This document shows positions 42,941-52,638 of a stretch of 64,000 nt of DNA, one piece after another (the first letter of the stretch is position 1; each line of letters begins with the position of its first letter). The position numbers were made by a program, and so were the translations under genes. Under the pieces are notes generated by a model. The model was not told the DNA's origin and ran no database searches. It was given only the letters and a program-made list of their open reading frames with translations. The DNA is from a virus (Duplodnaviria; Heunggongvirae; Uroviricota; Caudoviricetes), in IMG/VR virus record IMGVR_UViG_3300036766_001364, positions 64,001 to 128,000 of that record, one strand, 5' to 3'.

Positions 42941-43666
42941 ATGGCAGTCATCTACGCGCTCATCCAGCCGAAGACCGAGGAGATTAGGTACATCGGCAAG
43001 ACAGAACATGACCAATGGAAGCGATACGGACAGCACATCGCTGGTGCCACGGCCGAGAAGGCAAGATCGCGCCGCCTGACGGCGTGGATCAAGTCTGTCC
43101 GTCCCGACCTTCCCGGTCTCATCGTCCTCGAGACCGATCCCGATGGCCTGAACGAAGCGGAGAAGCGATGGATCGCTTGGGCGCGTGCTAACGGGTATCG
43201 CCTCGTCAACATGACAGACGGCGGCGACGGCCAGTCGAGGAGCTACGTCCCGTCAGCGGAAGCGCGCGCCAAAGTATCGGCTTCGCTCAAGGGCCGCGTG
43301 AAGACCGACCTCGAGAGGCAGCACATCTCCGAGGCGCTCAAAGGTCATCCGGTCTCTGATGAGACCAAAGCCAAGATAGCCGCTGGACACAAAGGCAAAC
43401 CTCTGTCTGACGAACACAAACAGGCGATCGGCCGCGGCGTCACCGGTGAGAAAAACGGGTTCTACGGGAAGATGCACACTGAAGAAGTCAAGGCTAGGAT
43501 AAGTCGCCTCGGCTGGCATCATTCAGATGAGACCAAATCTCAGCTTTCTGTCACCAATAGGCAATACCGGCATTCGCCCGAGGCCAGGGAGAAGATGCGC
43601 CAAGCCGCCCTCGCGCGAGAAGCCGCCAAGAAGGCCCTGACCCAGGTTTCTGCGACCGACACGTAG
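42941..43666 (+). CDS. GIY-YIG homing endonuclease with NUMOD3 repeats
   Basis: VIYAL...RYIGKT...R..QH, E..WI, N.TDGGDG; HxxExKxKIS repeats, NGFYGKMH. Confidence 0.88.
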   Translation: MAVIYALIQPKTEEIRYIGKTEHDQWKRYGQHIAGATAEKARSRRLTAWIKSVRPDLPGLIVLETDPDGLNEAEKRWIAWARANGYRLVNMTDGGDGQSRSYVPSAEARAKVSASLKGRVKTDLERQHISEALKGHPVSDETKAKIAAGHKGKPLSDEHKQAIGRGVTGEKNGFYGKMHTEEVKARISRLGWHHSDETKSQLSVTNRQYRHSPEAREKMRQAALAREAAKKALTQVSATDT

Positions 43667-43682
43667 GCGCGACGATTGTCCC

Positions 43683-44111
43683 ATGGACGCCTCTGCTGCG
43701 AAGGAGCACTCGCCCGCCCTCGTCCTGCAGCGCGAGGGGCGCGCGGCCGTCCACGGCGCGCACCGCGTCGGGAGGCTCAACGCTCGGCTCGCGGTCGCGG
43801 TCACGCGGCGCGTGGGCTCGATGTGGGCGGCGTACGCGTTCGCGCTCCTCGCCCTGATCTCCCTGCCCGCGGCGATCGCGACCGGCGAGCCGATCGTCAT
43901 AGTCGCCTGGATCGCGCAGACCTTCCTGCAGCTGGTGCTGCTGCCGATCGTCATCGTGGGGCAGAACGTCCAGGCGGCCGCGAGCGACGCGAGGGCGACG
44001 GCCGACCACGCGACCCTGAACGCGGTGCATGCGCTGACGGCCGACGTGCACACGATCAACGAGCGGCAGAGCGAGATCCTGGAGCGCCTCGACGCGCAGA
44101 CGGGCGGGTGA
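43683..44111 (+). CDS. DUF1003-like membrane protein
   Basis: GSMW, hydrophobic segments, LLPIVIVGQN, coiled C-terminus. Confidence 0.7.
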   Translation: MDASAAKEHSPALVLQREGRAAVHGAHRVGRLNARLAVAVTRRVGSMWAAYAFALLALISLPAAIATGEPIVIVAWIAQTFLQLVLLPIVIVGQNVQAAASDARATADHATLNAVHALTADVHTINERQSEILERLDAQTGG

Positions 44112-44116
44112 GGCCG

Positions 44117-44557
44117 GTGGACGTCGGGCAGGCGAAAGAGCACAGCCCGGCCGCGGTGCGCCGCAGGGACGTGTACGTCGCGGTGCACGGCAACCACCAC
44201 GTCGGCCAGTTCAACGCGCGCGTCGCGGTGGCGATCAGCAGGGCCGTCGGCTCGATGTGGTGCGCGTACGCCGTCGCGCTCTGTTCGGTCCCGCTCGTCG
44301 CGCTGGCGCTGAAGACGGGAGACGCGCTCACCGTCGCGTGGTTCTCGGTCGGCGCGATCGACCTCGCGCTCCTGCCGATCCTCCTGGTGGGGCAGAACGT
44401 CGAGGCGGCGGCCCACGACGCCCGCGCCGAGGCCGACCACCTCACGCTCACGGCGCTCCACAGGCTGACGGCGAACGTCCACGAGATCAACGAGCTGCAG
44501 ACGAAGATCCTCGAGCAGCAGAGCGAGATACTGGCGCGCCTCGACGCCGGCGCGTAG
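44117..44557 (+). CDS. DUF1003-like membrane protein, tandem paralog
   Basis: AKEHSPA, GSMW, LLPILLVGQN shared with previous ORF. Confidence 0.7.
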   Translation: MDVGQAKEHSPAAVRRRDVYVAVHGNHHVGQFNARVAVAISRAVGSMWCAYAVALCSVPLVALALKTGDALTVAWFSVGAIDLALLPILLVGQNVEAAAHDARAEADHLTLTALHRLTANVHEINELQTKILEQQSEILARLDAGA

Positions 44558-44593
44558 GTTTACTAGCGGCGTAGGTTAGACCATGATGGGCGC

Positions 44594-44776
44594 ATGGCGA
44601 CTCGCGCCGGCGCGGCCAACCCATTCTACGGCAGGCACCACACCGTCGAGGCGCGCGAGCGCATCGCCGTCGCGCGGCGCGGGCGCGCGCACGACCCCGA
44701 GGTGAGGGCCAGGATCTCGGCGTCGGTGAGGCTCGCCATCGAGTCGCGCCGCGCTGTCAGGAGCGGACCGCTGTGA
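44594..44776 (+). CDS. stand-alone NUMOD3 mini-protein
   Basis: NPFYGRHHTVEARERIA...HDPEVRARIS. Confidence 0.55.
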   Translation: MATRAGAANPFYGRHHTVEARERIAVARRGRAHDPEVRARISASVRLAIESRRAVRSGPL

Positions 44777-47559
44777 CGGCGTTCTACGTGAGGAAGACCG
44801 GGGTCAACACGAACGGCGGGACGTCTCCGACGGTCCGCTCGACGGGCACCGACGGGCACTCTAACAGCAACACGACGTTCACAGCGGCGTCGGCTTCATG
44901 GACGTCGGCCGACATCGGGCACTACATCCAGGTCAACACCACGACCGTCTCGATCAGGAAGATCGTGGCCGTGCCAGACGGACAGACGTTGACGCTCGAC
45001 TCTGCGCTCGGCACCACTCAGACGGGTAGGACGTGGACCGTCGGCGGGGCCTTCCTGACGCTGCAGAAAGCCGTGTTCGACCTGAAGACGGTCAACGGCG
45101 CGCCCGCGTCAGCGCAGGGCGACGTCGTGTACGTCGGTCCCGGCGACTATCGGTCTGACGCGTTCGTCGTGGGTTCTTCGCCCGGTCAGACGGGCCTAGT
45201 CCTGATCCAGGGCGACTACGAGGGCGACGAGACCGGAGACGCGCCGGGAGAGATCCAGCTCAGCAACGCGGATCTTCAAAATGCCACCGCTCTGGAAATC
45301 AGAAACGTGTCTTTTTACGGCAGCGGCGTGAACATCCGAATAGGCAACGCCGCCGCCGGCAACGTGTTCAGGTTCATAGACTGCGCGTTCATATCGGCGG
45401 TCGGCGCCACCACTGGATTCCCCAACAGCAGCATAGGGCTCTTCAACGTCTTGCTCGGCGTAGCAGCCCAATCTATGGGAGAGATCCTCATCGACCGCTG
45501 TTATTTCAGCAGCATAAGCGCGAGAGGCGGATCGGCAAACCCGTCGATCTACATAGGGTACAACGTGTCCGGCACGACGACCGAATTCTCGTTGGCCATG
45601 ACCGTTCGAAACACGATGATCCTCCATCTTCGCAACGCATCCCCTATACAGATAGCCTCTAGCAACGGCGCGACTGGCGCGGACAGCGCCATAAAGCTGT
45701 CGGATCTCACGGTGACTCATTGCACGTTCATCACCAGCGCTTCAGACACTGGCGTCGCCGGTGTCCTTCAACTTCTTTCGACGAGCGGCAAGGTCACGGG
45801 CGTGCCGACCAGGAACTGGAAGTTCTTCTACAACGTCGGGATAGTGGCTGGAGCCGGAGGCGAAGTCTACGGCAACATCACCACCGGACAGATCACGGAG
45901 AACAACAACGTGTGGGCCGCGAACAAGGGCGCGGCGCCGGTCATAGGCGCGAACGTGACTGCCGGCGGCAACACGTCGCTATTGGCCACCACGGCGACGA
46001 ACTACCCGTGGTTTCTATTCGGTCAGGAGAGGACTTACGGACAGTCGCCCAAGCCGTTCGGCACTCCGGTGCTTGGGATCTCGACGGCCATCGGGCTCGC
46101 CGCCGAGAGCACCGTGGCGTCTGCCGCTGAGGACGCGACGAGGGCGTCGAGGCCGTCGTCGGCGAAGGTCGCGATCACGTCTGGGGCTCTCGAGATCCCG
46201 ATCGCGGCGCGTGAGACCTCGACGGTCCGCACGGGGGCGAACGCGCTCAGATTAGACCAGAGCGGTTCACAAGAGTTCTTGCTGCCGGTGAACGCCGGTC
46301 AGACGACGATCAGCGTGTACGCCAGGTACGACTCGAACTACGCGGCGTTCAAGTTCGGCAATCAAGTGGCCCCACCGCAGGTCGTCCAGGCGTCGGCGCC
46401 GACGAACATCGCCGTGCACCCGACGGGCAGATGGATCGCGATCGTGGGCGGGACCAACAACATCCTGGTCTACGCCCTCGATCCGTCCACGGGCGCGATC
46501 GGCGCGCGACGCGCGAGCCCGGCCACGATGCCGGCCGGCGGCGCGACCCACGCACAGTGGAACCCCGCCGGGACATACCTCGCGGTGGCGAGCACCAGCA
46601 GCCCGTTCATCGAGGTATACCCGTTCGACCCCGCGACGGGAGCGATCAGCGACAAGGTCGCCAACCCGGGCACGCTCCCGACGGGTGCCGGGAACTCGGT
46701 CGCGTGGAGCCCCGACGGCGCGTACGTCGCCGTCACCCACACGACCAGCCCATTCATCAGCGCATACCCGTTCTCGACTTCATTCGGAACGAAGGTGGCA
46801 GACCCCGGCACGCTCCCCGCCGGCATCGGCCGCCAGGTGGCCTGGAACCCAGCCGGAACGTGCGTAGCGGTCGCCCACGACACGAGCCCGTTCGTCACCG
46901 CCTGGCCGTGGAGCGCGGGGTTCGGGACGAAGGTGGCGGATCCCGGCACGCTGCCGTCGGCGGCCCGGACGGCGATCGCGTGGAGCCCCGACGGATCGTA
47001 CGTCGGCGTGGTCGGGGGGACGACTCCGTTCATCGAGGTGTACCCGTTCACCACGGGCTTCGGCGCGAAGGTGGCGGACCCAGGCACGCTGCCGTCTGGG
47101 TCTTCCACCGAGGCGGGCGGCATCCAGTGGACGGCCAGCGGCAACTACGTCGTCAGGACGAGCAACAGCAGCGCTTTCGTTGAGATCTGGCCGTGGAGCG
47201 CGGGGTTCGGGACGAAGGTGGCGGATCCCGGGACGGTGCTCGGCGGCTTAGCCGGCGGTCTCGGCATCGTCGGCAAGGGCAAGTTCATCTTCAGCCAGAA
47301 CGAGTCGGCCGCCGCAACCGCCTATTCGACGTTCGGATACCGGTTCAACCACGCCCCCACGATGTCGGTCAAGGACGGGCTCGAGATCGGAGTGGCCGAC
47401 GCAGAGACTCAGATGGTCGGCGCGGCGAACCAGTGGGAGCAGCTCTCTCTCGTGTTCACCGCAACGGCGGCGGGGTTCGTCACCGTCAGGTTGGCCGCCC
47501 CCGGGTCTCCGGGCAGCACGACTGGGAAGGCGTTCTTCGACGACTTCGCGGCCGCGTAG
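44773..47559 (+). CDS. fibre/receptor-binding protein with beta-helix-like region and beta-propeller repeats
   Basis: Repeated FG(T/A)KVADPGTLP and AWSPDG blades. Confidence 0.75.
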   Translation: MTAFYVRKTGVNTNGGTSPTVRSTGTDGHSNSNTTFTAASASWTSADIGHYIQVNTTTVSIRKIVAVPDGQTLTLDSALGTTQTGRTWTVGGAFLTLQKAVFDLKTVNGAPASAQGDVVYVGPGDYRSDAFVVGSSPGQTGLVLIQGDYEGDETGDAPGEIQLSNADLQNATALEIRNVSFYGSGVNIRIGNAAAGNVFRFIDCAFISAVGATTGFPNSSIGLFNVLLGVAAQSMGEILIDRCYFSSISARGGSANPSIYIGYNVSGTTTEFSLAMTVRNTMILHLRNASPIQIASSNGATGADSAIKLSDLTVTHCTFITSASDTGVAGVLQLLSTSGKVTGVPTRNWKFFYNVGIVAGAGGEVYGNITTGQITENNNVWAANKGAAPVIGANVTAGGNTSLLATTATNYPWFLFGQERTYGQSPKPFGTPVLGISTAIGLAAESTVASAAEDATRASRPSSAKVAITSGALEIPIAARETSTVRTGANALRLDQSGSQEFLLPVNAGQTTISVYARYDSNYAAFKFGNQVAPPQVVQASAPTNIAVHPTGRWIAIVGGTNNILVYALDPSTGAIGARRASPATMPAGGATHAQWNPAGTYLAVASTSSPFIEVYPFDPATGAISDKVANPGTLPTGAGNSVAWSPDGAYVAVTHTTSPFISAYPFSTSFGTKVADPGTLPAGIGRQVAWNPAGTCVAVAHDTSPFVTAWPWSAGFGTKVADPGTLPSAARTAIAWSPDGSYVGVVGGTTPFIEVYPFTTGFGAKVADPGTLPSGSSTEAGGIQWTASGNYVVRTSNSSAFVEIWPWSAGFGTKVADPGTVLGGLAGGLGIVGKGKFIFSQNESAAATAYSTFGYRFNHAPTMSVKDGLEIGVADAETQMVGAANQWEQLSLVFTATAAGFVTVRLAAPGSPGSTTGKAFFDDFAAA
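46903..47231 (+). repeat. exact 44-nt direct repeat (46903-46946 and 47188-47231)
   Basis: TGGCCGTGGAGCGCGGGGTTCGGGACGAAGGTGGCGGATCCCGG twice. Confidence 0.85.
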
Positions 47560-47565
47560 GCGGCT

Positions 47566-50500
47566 GTGACAGACACGAAGGGCTTCGACTTCTTCAGGGT
47601 CGGTGAACCGTACCCGGCGCTCGGCAGCCTGGGAGCCATCGGCTTTGACCTGTGGCGCGTCGGCGAGCCGCTCTCCGATTTCGTCTCGGCGCTGATCAAC
47701 GTCAGCGGCTCGGCTGCGATCAACGTCGAGGCGAGCGGCAACAGCGTCAGCAGCGCGGCGGTCGTCCCCATCGAGCAGGGGGCGACGGTCCATTCCACGG
47801 CCCTGACTCCCGTCGAATGGGATCGCGCTGTCGCCGAGGCGGGCGCGTCGCCGATCGAGGCAAAGATCGAAGTGTCCGGTCAGAGAGCGCCGCTGATCGA
47901 GGCCGCCGACCGCGTCGCCGGGCTGTCTGTGACAGAGATCGAGGCGACCGGATATTCCGCCAGTGATGGACAGATCAACCTCGAGACCGCGCTCTTTGGG
48001 CTCGCAGCGCTCCGCGTCGAAGCGACCGGATATACAAAGAGCGACGGACCGATCAACTTCGAAGCGCGCCGGTCAGAAGCGGCGACAGCAGAGATCGAAG
48101 TCGAGTCTCTCAGGCGATTCAGCGTCATCGTCGACGTCGTGGCGACGGCCGAGATCGGCGTCGAGTCCAGCAAGAAGATCGCGCCGAGCGCGGCGGGCAT
48201 CCGCGTCGAGGCGAAGAAGACCGTCGGGCCGCAAGTTTCCATCGTCAGGCTCGAGTTCGGATCGGCCTTGACATTCCTGCACGTCCAGCAGACCGTCCGC
48301 TTCGAGCACCTCACCGCGCCGGGGGCGGTCGTCCGGACCGCTAGGGCCAGCTTCGAAGCGAACGCGGCGATGGACCCGCCCGGCGCTGCGGAGGTGAGCC
48401 TCGAGATCGTGAACGCGATGAACCAAGCGCTCATCGCGACAGAGAGCGCCGCGGTCGTGACCCAACAGCTGAGCGTTCAGATCGAGAGCCTCCCGAGCAA
48501 CATCGCGCAGCCTAGCGAGATCGCCGTAGAACAGCTCGAACTGGTGCTCGGCGTGGCCGTCGAGCAGATCGAAGCGGTCAACCTCACGCCGCTCGCTACG
48601 GAACTCGCCGAGATCAACGTCGAGTCGTTCAGGCGGGCCGGGACGGCGTCGGCTGCGCTCCCGATCGAGAGCCACGCGACCGTCACGCGGGTCGCTGGCG
48701 TCAACATCGAAGCGATCCTCGCGCGCGCCGGCGAGACAGAGATCGAATCGCTCGCAGCCATCGCGGTCGCGAGGGCGACAGCGTTCGAGGAGACGACGGC
48801 CGCGGCCCAGTCGGCCGCTGTCGGAGTCGAGTCGTGGGGGCCACCGATCGACCAGCAGGCCGGCGTCCGGTTCGAGGTCCTCGGGCCCGAGATCCGTGGT
48901 CTGAGGAAGATCCCGATCGAGAGCCGCAGGTGGTCGATCCAGATCGAGTGGATGGAGGTCGTCACCGGCCTGGCGCTGGTCCCTATCGAATCCAAGGCGG
49001 TCCAAGGAACGACCGCCGAAGTGCCCATCGAGTGGCTGCACGCGGGCAACGTCTCGGAGACGCATGACCTGCAGTTCGAAGAGACTCTGGGAGCGTCTGA
49101 ATCGAACGACGCTCCGCTTGAATCTACGGGGTACGTCGCCAGCGCTCTCGCCGAGCAGGTCGAATCGGTCGAGACGATCGACGCCGCGCGGGAGTCAGCG
49201 TTCGAAGAGACGACGGCCGCTGCCGTGGCGTCTGAGGCGCTCGTCGAGTCGCTCGTTCAAGTGGACGGCGTTGAGTTCGTTCCGATCGAGAGCGTCGAGC
49301 TGCTGGGCGTTGCCGTCCAGATTGCGGTCGAGTCAGAGACCGAAGTCGCGACCGACGTAGACGAGCAGTTCGAGCAGTTCATCGCCGCCGTCGGGACGAA
49401 CGAAGTCGAGATCGAGCAGCTCATCGACATCAGGGCGATGGACGTGTCGATCCCAATTGAGTCAAAGAGAGCGCTCGCCGTCGCTGGGGCCGCCGCGCTC
49501 GAAGAGACGCTCGCCGTCGCGCTCGCGCTCGACGCGCAGGTCGAAGCGAACGTCGCGGCCGATTCGATCTCCGAGATCGGCGTCGAGGCGTCTCCCGGAC
49601 TCGTCTCTTCGACGTCTGACGTCAACATCGAGTCTTTCGGACCGCTCGCGGCCGCGACCGTCGCCCCGCTCGAGTGGGACACCGGTCGCAGCATGCTCAG
49701 GCGTCCACCGATAGAGTGGCTCGCCGAGGTCTCTGCTCGGTCGGACATGCTCATCGAAGCGCGGGGGGTCGTCTCCGGAGCCGGCGGCGTCCAGCTCGAG
49801 GGAGAGCTCGCCGTCGCGCGACAGAGCCAGATCGGACTCGAAGAGACGCTCGGCGCTTCTCGAGCGGCGGCCGCACCGTTCGAAGAAGAGGCCTCTGTCA
49901 AGAGAGCTCCCGTCGCGCCGATCGAGGCGCTCTCTCTGCGGACATTCATCGCGGCCGACCCGATCGAGGCTCTGGGACTCGCCGCGGGCGTCTCTGACAC
50001 CGCGATCGAATGGCGACACGTGGTCGTCACAGTCGCGCAGCAGGGCACGGTCAACGTCGAGTGGGTCGCCCCCATATCGGACGCGCGAGCCGCCGATCTC
50101 GAAGCGCTCAAGGCCGTGCGCGGGCGCGCCGTCGAACACATCGAGTCGCGCGCTCCGGTGTCTGTCGCGGTCACCGAGCCAATCGAATCGACCGCCGCAG
50201 CAGCGCGACTGGCAGCGATCGTGATCGAATGGCGCACCGTCGGCGTCAGAGCGACCGCGCGCGCTCAGTTCGAGGTCGTGAGGGGACCGCGCGGGACCGC
50301 CGCGATCGGGCTTGAGTGGACGCGTCCCGGGTCGCAAACGCGCCAGTCTCCGCTCGAATGGACGATCGCAGCGACGGCCGCGCCCGCAGCGAAGATCGAA
50401 TCAGCGACGCCGTCGGTGGGACGGCGGGAGATCGACTGGGAATCGGGAGACGCTTCTGGACAGTTCGCCGTCAGGCAGGCTGAGCCGACGACGGTCGGCG

Positions 50501-50598
50501 AACTCATCGTGGACAGGCTCGTTCTCGGTGAACTGGAGATCACGGTCGTCACGGTCGGCCAGCTCACCGTCAAAGCTTTCGACGAGGAGGCGACATGA
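47566..50598 (+). CDS. repetitive (I/F/V)E-repeat fibre-like protein
   Basis: About 13-15 aa period with PIE(S/A/W) motifs across about 950 aa. Confidence 0.7.
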   Translation: MTDTKGFDFFRVGEPYPALGSLGAIGFDLWRVGEPLSDFVSALINVSGSAAINVEASGNSVSSAAVVPIEQGATVHSTALTPVEWDRAVAEAGASPIEAKIEVSGQRAPLIEAADRVAGLSVTEIEATGYSASDGQINLETALFGLAALRVEATGYTKSDGPINFEARRSEAATAEIEVESLRRFSVIVDVVATAEIGVESSKKIAPSAAGIRVEAKKTVGPQVSIVRLEFGSALTFLHVQQTVRFEHLTAPGAVVRTARASFEANAAMDPPGAAEVSLEIVNAMNQALIATESAAVVTQQLSVQIESLPSNIAQPSEIAVEQLELVLGVAVEQIEAVNLTPLATELAEINVESFRRAGTASAALPIESHATVTRVAGVNIEAILARAGETEIESLAAIAVARATAFEETTAAAQSAAVGVESWGPPIDQQAGVRFEVLGPEIRGLRKIPIESRRWSIQIEWMEVVTGLALVPIESKAVQGTTAEVPIEWLHAGNVSETHDLQFEETLGASESNDAPLESTGYVASALAEQVESVETIDAARESAFEETTAAAVASEALVESLVQVDGVEFVPIESVELLGVAVQIAVESETEVATDVDEQFEQFIAAVGTNEVEIEQLIDIRAMDVSIPIESKRALAVAGAAALEETLAVALALDAQVEANVAADSISEIGVEASPGLVSSTSDVNIESFGPLAAATVAPLEWDTGRSMLRRPPIEWLAEVSARSDMLIEARGVVSGAGGVQLEGELAVARQSQIGLEETLGASRAAAAPFEEEASVKRAPVAPIEALSLRTFIAADPIEALGLAAGVSDTAIEWRHVVVTVAQQGTVNVEWVAPISDARAADLEALKAVRGRAVEHIESRAPVSVAVTEPIESTAAAARLAAIVIEWRTVGVRATARAQFEVVRGPRGTAAIGLEWTRPGSQTRQSPLEWTIAATAAPAAKIESATPSVGRREIDWESGDASGQFAVRQAEPTTVGELIVDRLVLGELEITVVTVGQLTVKAFDEEAT

Positions 50599-52241
50599 CG
50601 ATCGCGTTCCGTGTCGCCTTGGGGTCGTCTGTCAGCTCGGGTTCGCCCGTGACGCTCGTGGTAACGGTGCCCGCCGGCGTCCAGAACAACGACGTCATGG
50701 TGATGGGAGTGACCGTCTATAACGGGTCGAACAGGTCTGTCTCGACCCCCAGCGGGTGGACGCTGCTCTCGAGGTTCAATCAGGGGGCGTTCGTCGCGCA
50801 GGTTCTCTTCTGGCGCAGGGCGAGCAGCGAGCCAGCGTCCTATAGCATCTCTATCGCCGGTTCGGGGACGACCTTCGCCGCTTCGGCGATCATCATCGCG
50901 CTGTCGGGAGCAGACACGTCTGCCCCGACGTCGGCCCAGTACGGCGGACAGGCCGGGCACGACAGCTCGAACACGATCTCGGCTGGGTCGATCGGCGCGT
51001 TCGCCGTGAGGAACGGCCTGAGCCTCTTCTTCGCCTCAGCGGAGGTGGCTTCGGCGCGCACGCCGGTCCCGCCGACGGGATACACCCAGCCCGCGGGCGG
51101 GAACGTCTTCGTAGCGCTCGCACAGACAGAGGTCGCGTACAAGGCGCTCTCGGCCGTGACGAGCGTCGGCGCACTGTCTGAGACGTGGGCGGGCACCACG
51201 TTCTCAAGCGTCGGCGGTCAGGTATTCATATTCGAGCCGCCCAATCCGATCGGCAATTCTGCGACGATCGGCGTCGAAGCGCGCGGGTTCGTGACGGCGG
51301 ACGCCGCCGTCCCGATCGAATCGAGAGAGGGCGCGGCCATCGTCCCCGCGATCGTGAACTTCGAGTCGCTCGCTTCCACAGTCGCGCAGACGGCGCTCGC
51401 CGGGCTCGAGTCTCTCGCTCGCGCGCGTGACCAGAGAGCGCCGCCGATCGAAGCCATGGCTGTCGCGCGCCGCGCCGCGAGCGTCCTCATTGAATCGAAA
51501 GCGGGCGCGACCGTCTCCGCTCAGGCGAGGGCGAACTTCGAGTCGCTCGCCACGACGGTCGCGCGGACGGCGCTCGTCCCGTTCGAGTCGCGCCGGAGCG
51601 CGCGTCGCTCCGCGCTCTTGCCGCTCGAGGCCACTGGCTATTCGGTCAGAGACGCTCTGGAGAACGTCGAAGTTGTCGGTCCGGCCTCTAGCCCGATCTC
51701 GGTGGACGCGAAGTCTGCGCTGGAGGCGAACACCGTCGTCCGCACGGCGCTGACTGTGGTGCTGGAGGTCAAGCGCGAGACGCGCGCCGTGGCCGGCGAC
51801 CAGATCGAAGTCGTGCGCGTCGTCGGCTCGCTGCTCAACGTCGTCCAGTCGGGCATACACAACGTTGAGGCGACGCGTCGACCCGCGCCAGACGGTGCGA
51901 TCAAGATCGAGGCGCAGTCTCGACTGGCGACGATCCCGGCGTCGCGTCCATTCCCGATCGAATGGATCAGGCGGGACGCCGTCCATCCCGACGCGCCGCT
52001 AGAGTGGTTCTTTGCCGGGATCGCGCCGGAGGCAGAGATCTCTGTCGAATCGGAGACGAGGGTCTCCCGAGCGGACGGGCGCGCTTTCGAATCGCTGGTC
52101 TCCGTCTCCGCCTCGGCGAAGATCCCATGGTCGCGCGACACGACGCAGCCGATCCCACCGACGCGCCTCGTCGCGGCGTCGACTATCGAGATAGACAGGT
52201 CGAACGCCGGCCGAGACCTGGGCGTCGTCGACCGTCCCTAG
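50595..52241 (+). CDS. fibre-like protein, N-terminal beta-sandwich plus IE repeats
   Basis: PAGVQNNDVMV...PSGWT...ASSEPASYS domain then PIES repeats. Confidence 0.7.
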   Translation: MTIAFRVALGSSVSSGSPVTLVVTVPAGVQNNDVMVMGVTVYNGSNRSVSTPSGWTLLSRFNQGAFVAQVLFWRRASSEPASYSISIAGSGTTFAASAIIIALSGADTSAPTSAQYGGQAGHDSSNTISAGSIGAFAVRNGLSLFFASAEVASARTPVPPTGYTQPAGGNVFVALAQTEVAYKALSAVTSVGALSETWAGTTFSSVGGQVFIFEPPNPIGNSATIGVEARGFVTADAAVPIESREGAAIVPAIVNFESLASTVAQTALAGLESLARARDQRAPPIEAMAVARRAASVLIESKAGATVSAQARANFESLATTVARTALVPFESRRSARRSALLPLEATGYSVRDALENVEVVGPASSPISVDAKSALEANTVVRTALTVVLEVKRETRAVAGDQIEVVRVVGSLLNVVQSGIHNVEATRRPAPDGAIKIEAQSRLATIPASRPFPIEWIRRDAVHPDAPLEWFFAGIAPEAEISVESETRVSRADGRAFESLVSVSASAKIPWSRDTTQPIPPTRLVAASTIEIDRSNAGRDLGVVDRP

Positions 52242-52278
52242 GTTTCTGGACGGACCGTCTGGAGGTAGGTTCTGAACT

Positions 52279-52638
52279 ATGCCAAGTGAACGTTTCCCCG
52301 AGGGAACTACTGCGAGGTTCCTCTACACGCTTCGAGACAAGCAGCGTCGCGTGATCGACCTGACGGGGGCCCAACTGACGTACGCCGTATACGCGGAGGA
52401 TGCGGCTGTGACCGGTTCAGTGCCGCCCGCGTTCACTCCCAAAGAAGTGGGATCGGGAGTCGCTCTCGTCAACGCGGCCGGCGGAGTGATCAGGATCGAC
52501 TGGGACCCGGCCGAGAGCGTCGATCGGGCGGGCATATACGATTGGGAACTGCAGCTGCTCGAGTCGAACGGCGACAAGTGGCTCGCCGGTGAGGGGAAGG
52601 TCGTCATCAGGCCGGCGCGCCGCCTGGACACGGCGTAG
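52279..52638 (+). CDS. BppU-N-like adaptor protein
   Basis: IDLTGAQL, GVIRI...S....G.Y.WELQL. Confidence 0.6.
   Translation: MPSERFPEGTTARFLYTLRDKQRRVIDLTGAQLTYAVYAEDAAVTGSVPPAFTPKEVGSGVALVNAAGGVIRIDWDPAESVDRAGIYDWELQLLESNGDKWLAGEGKVVIRPARRLDTA

Noticed and set aside
46903-47231. DGR template/variable repeat pair
   Set aside because: Copies are identical with no A-specific mismatches, both lie in-frame within one gene, and no reverse transcriptase is present
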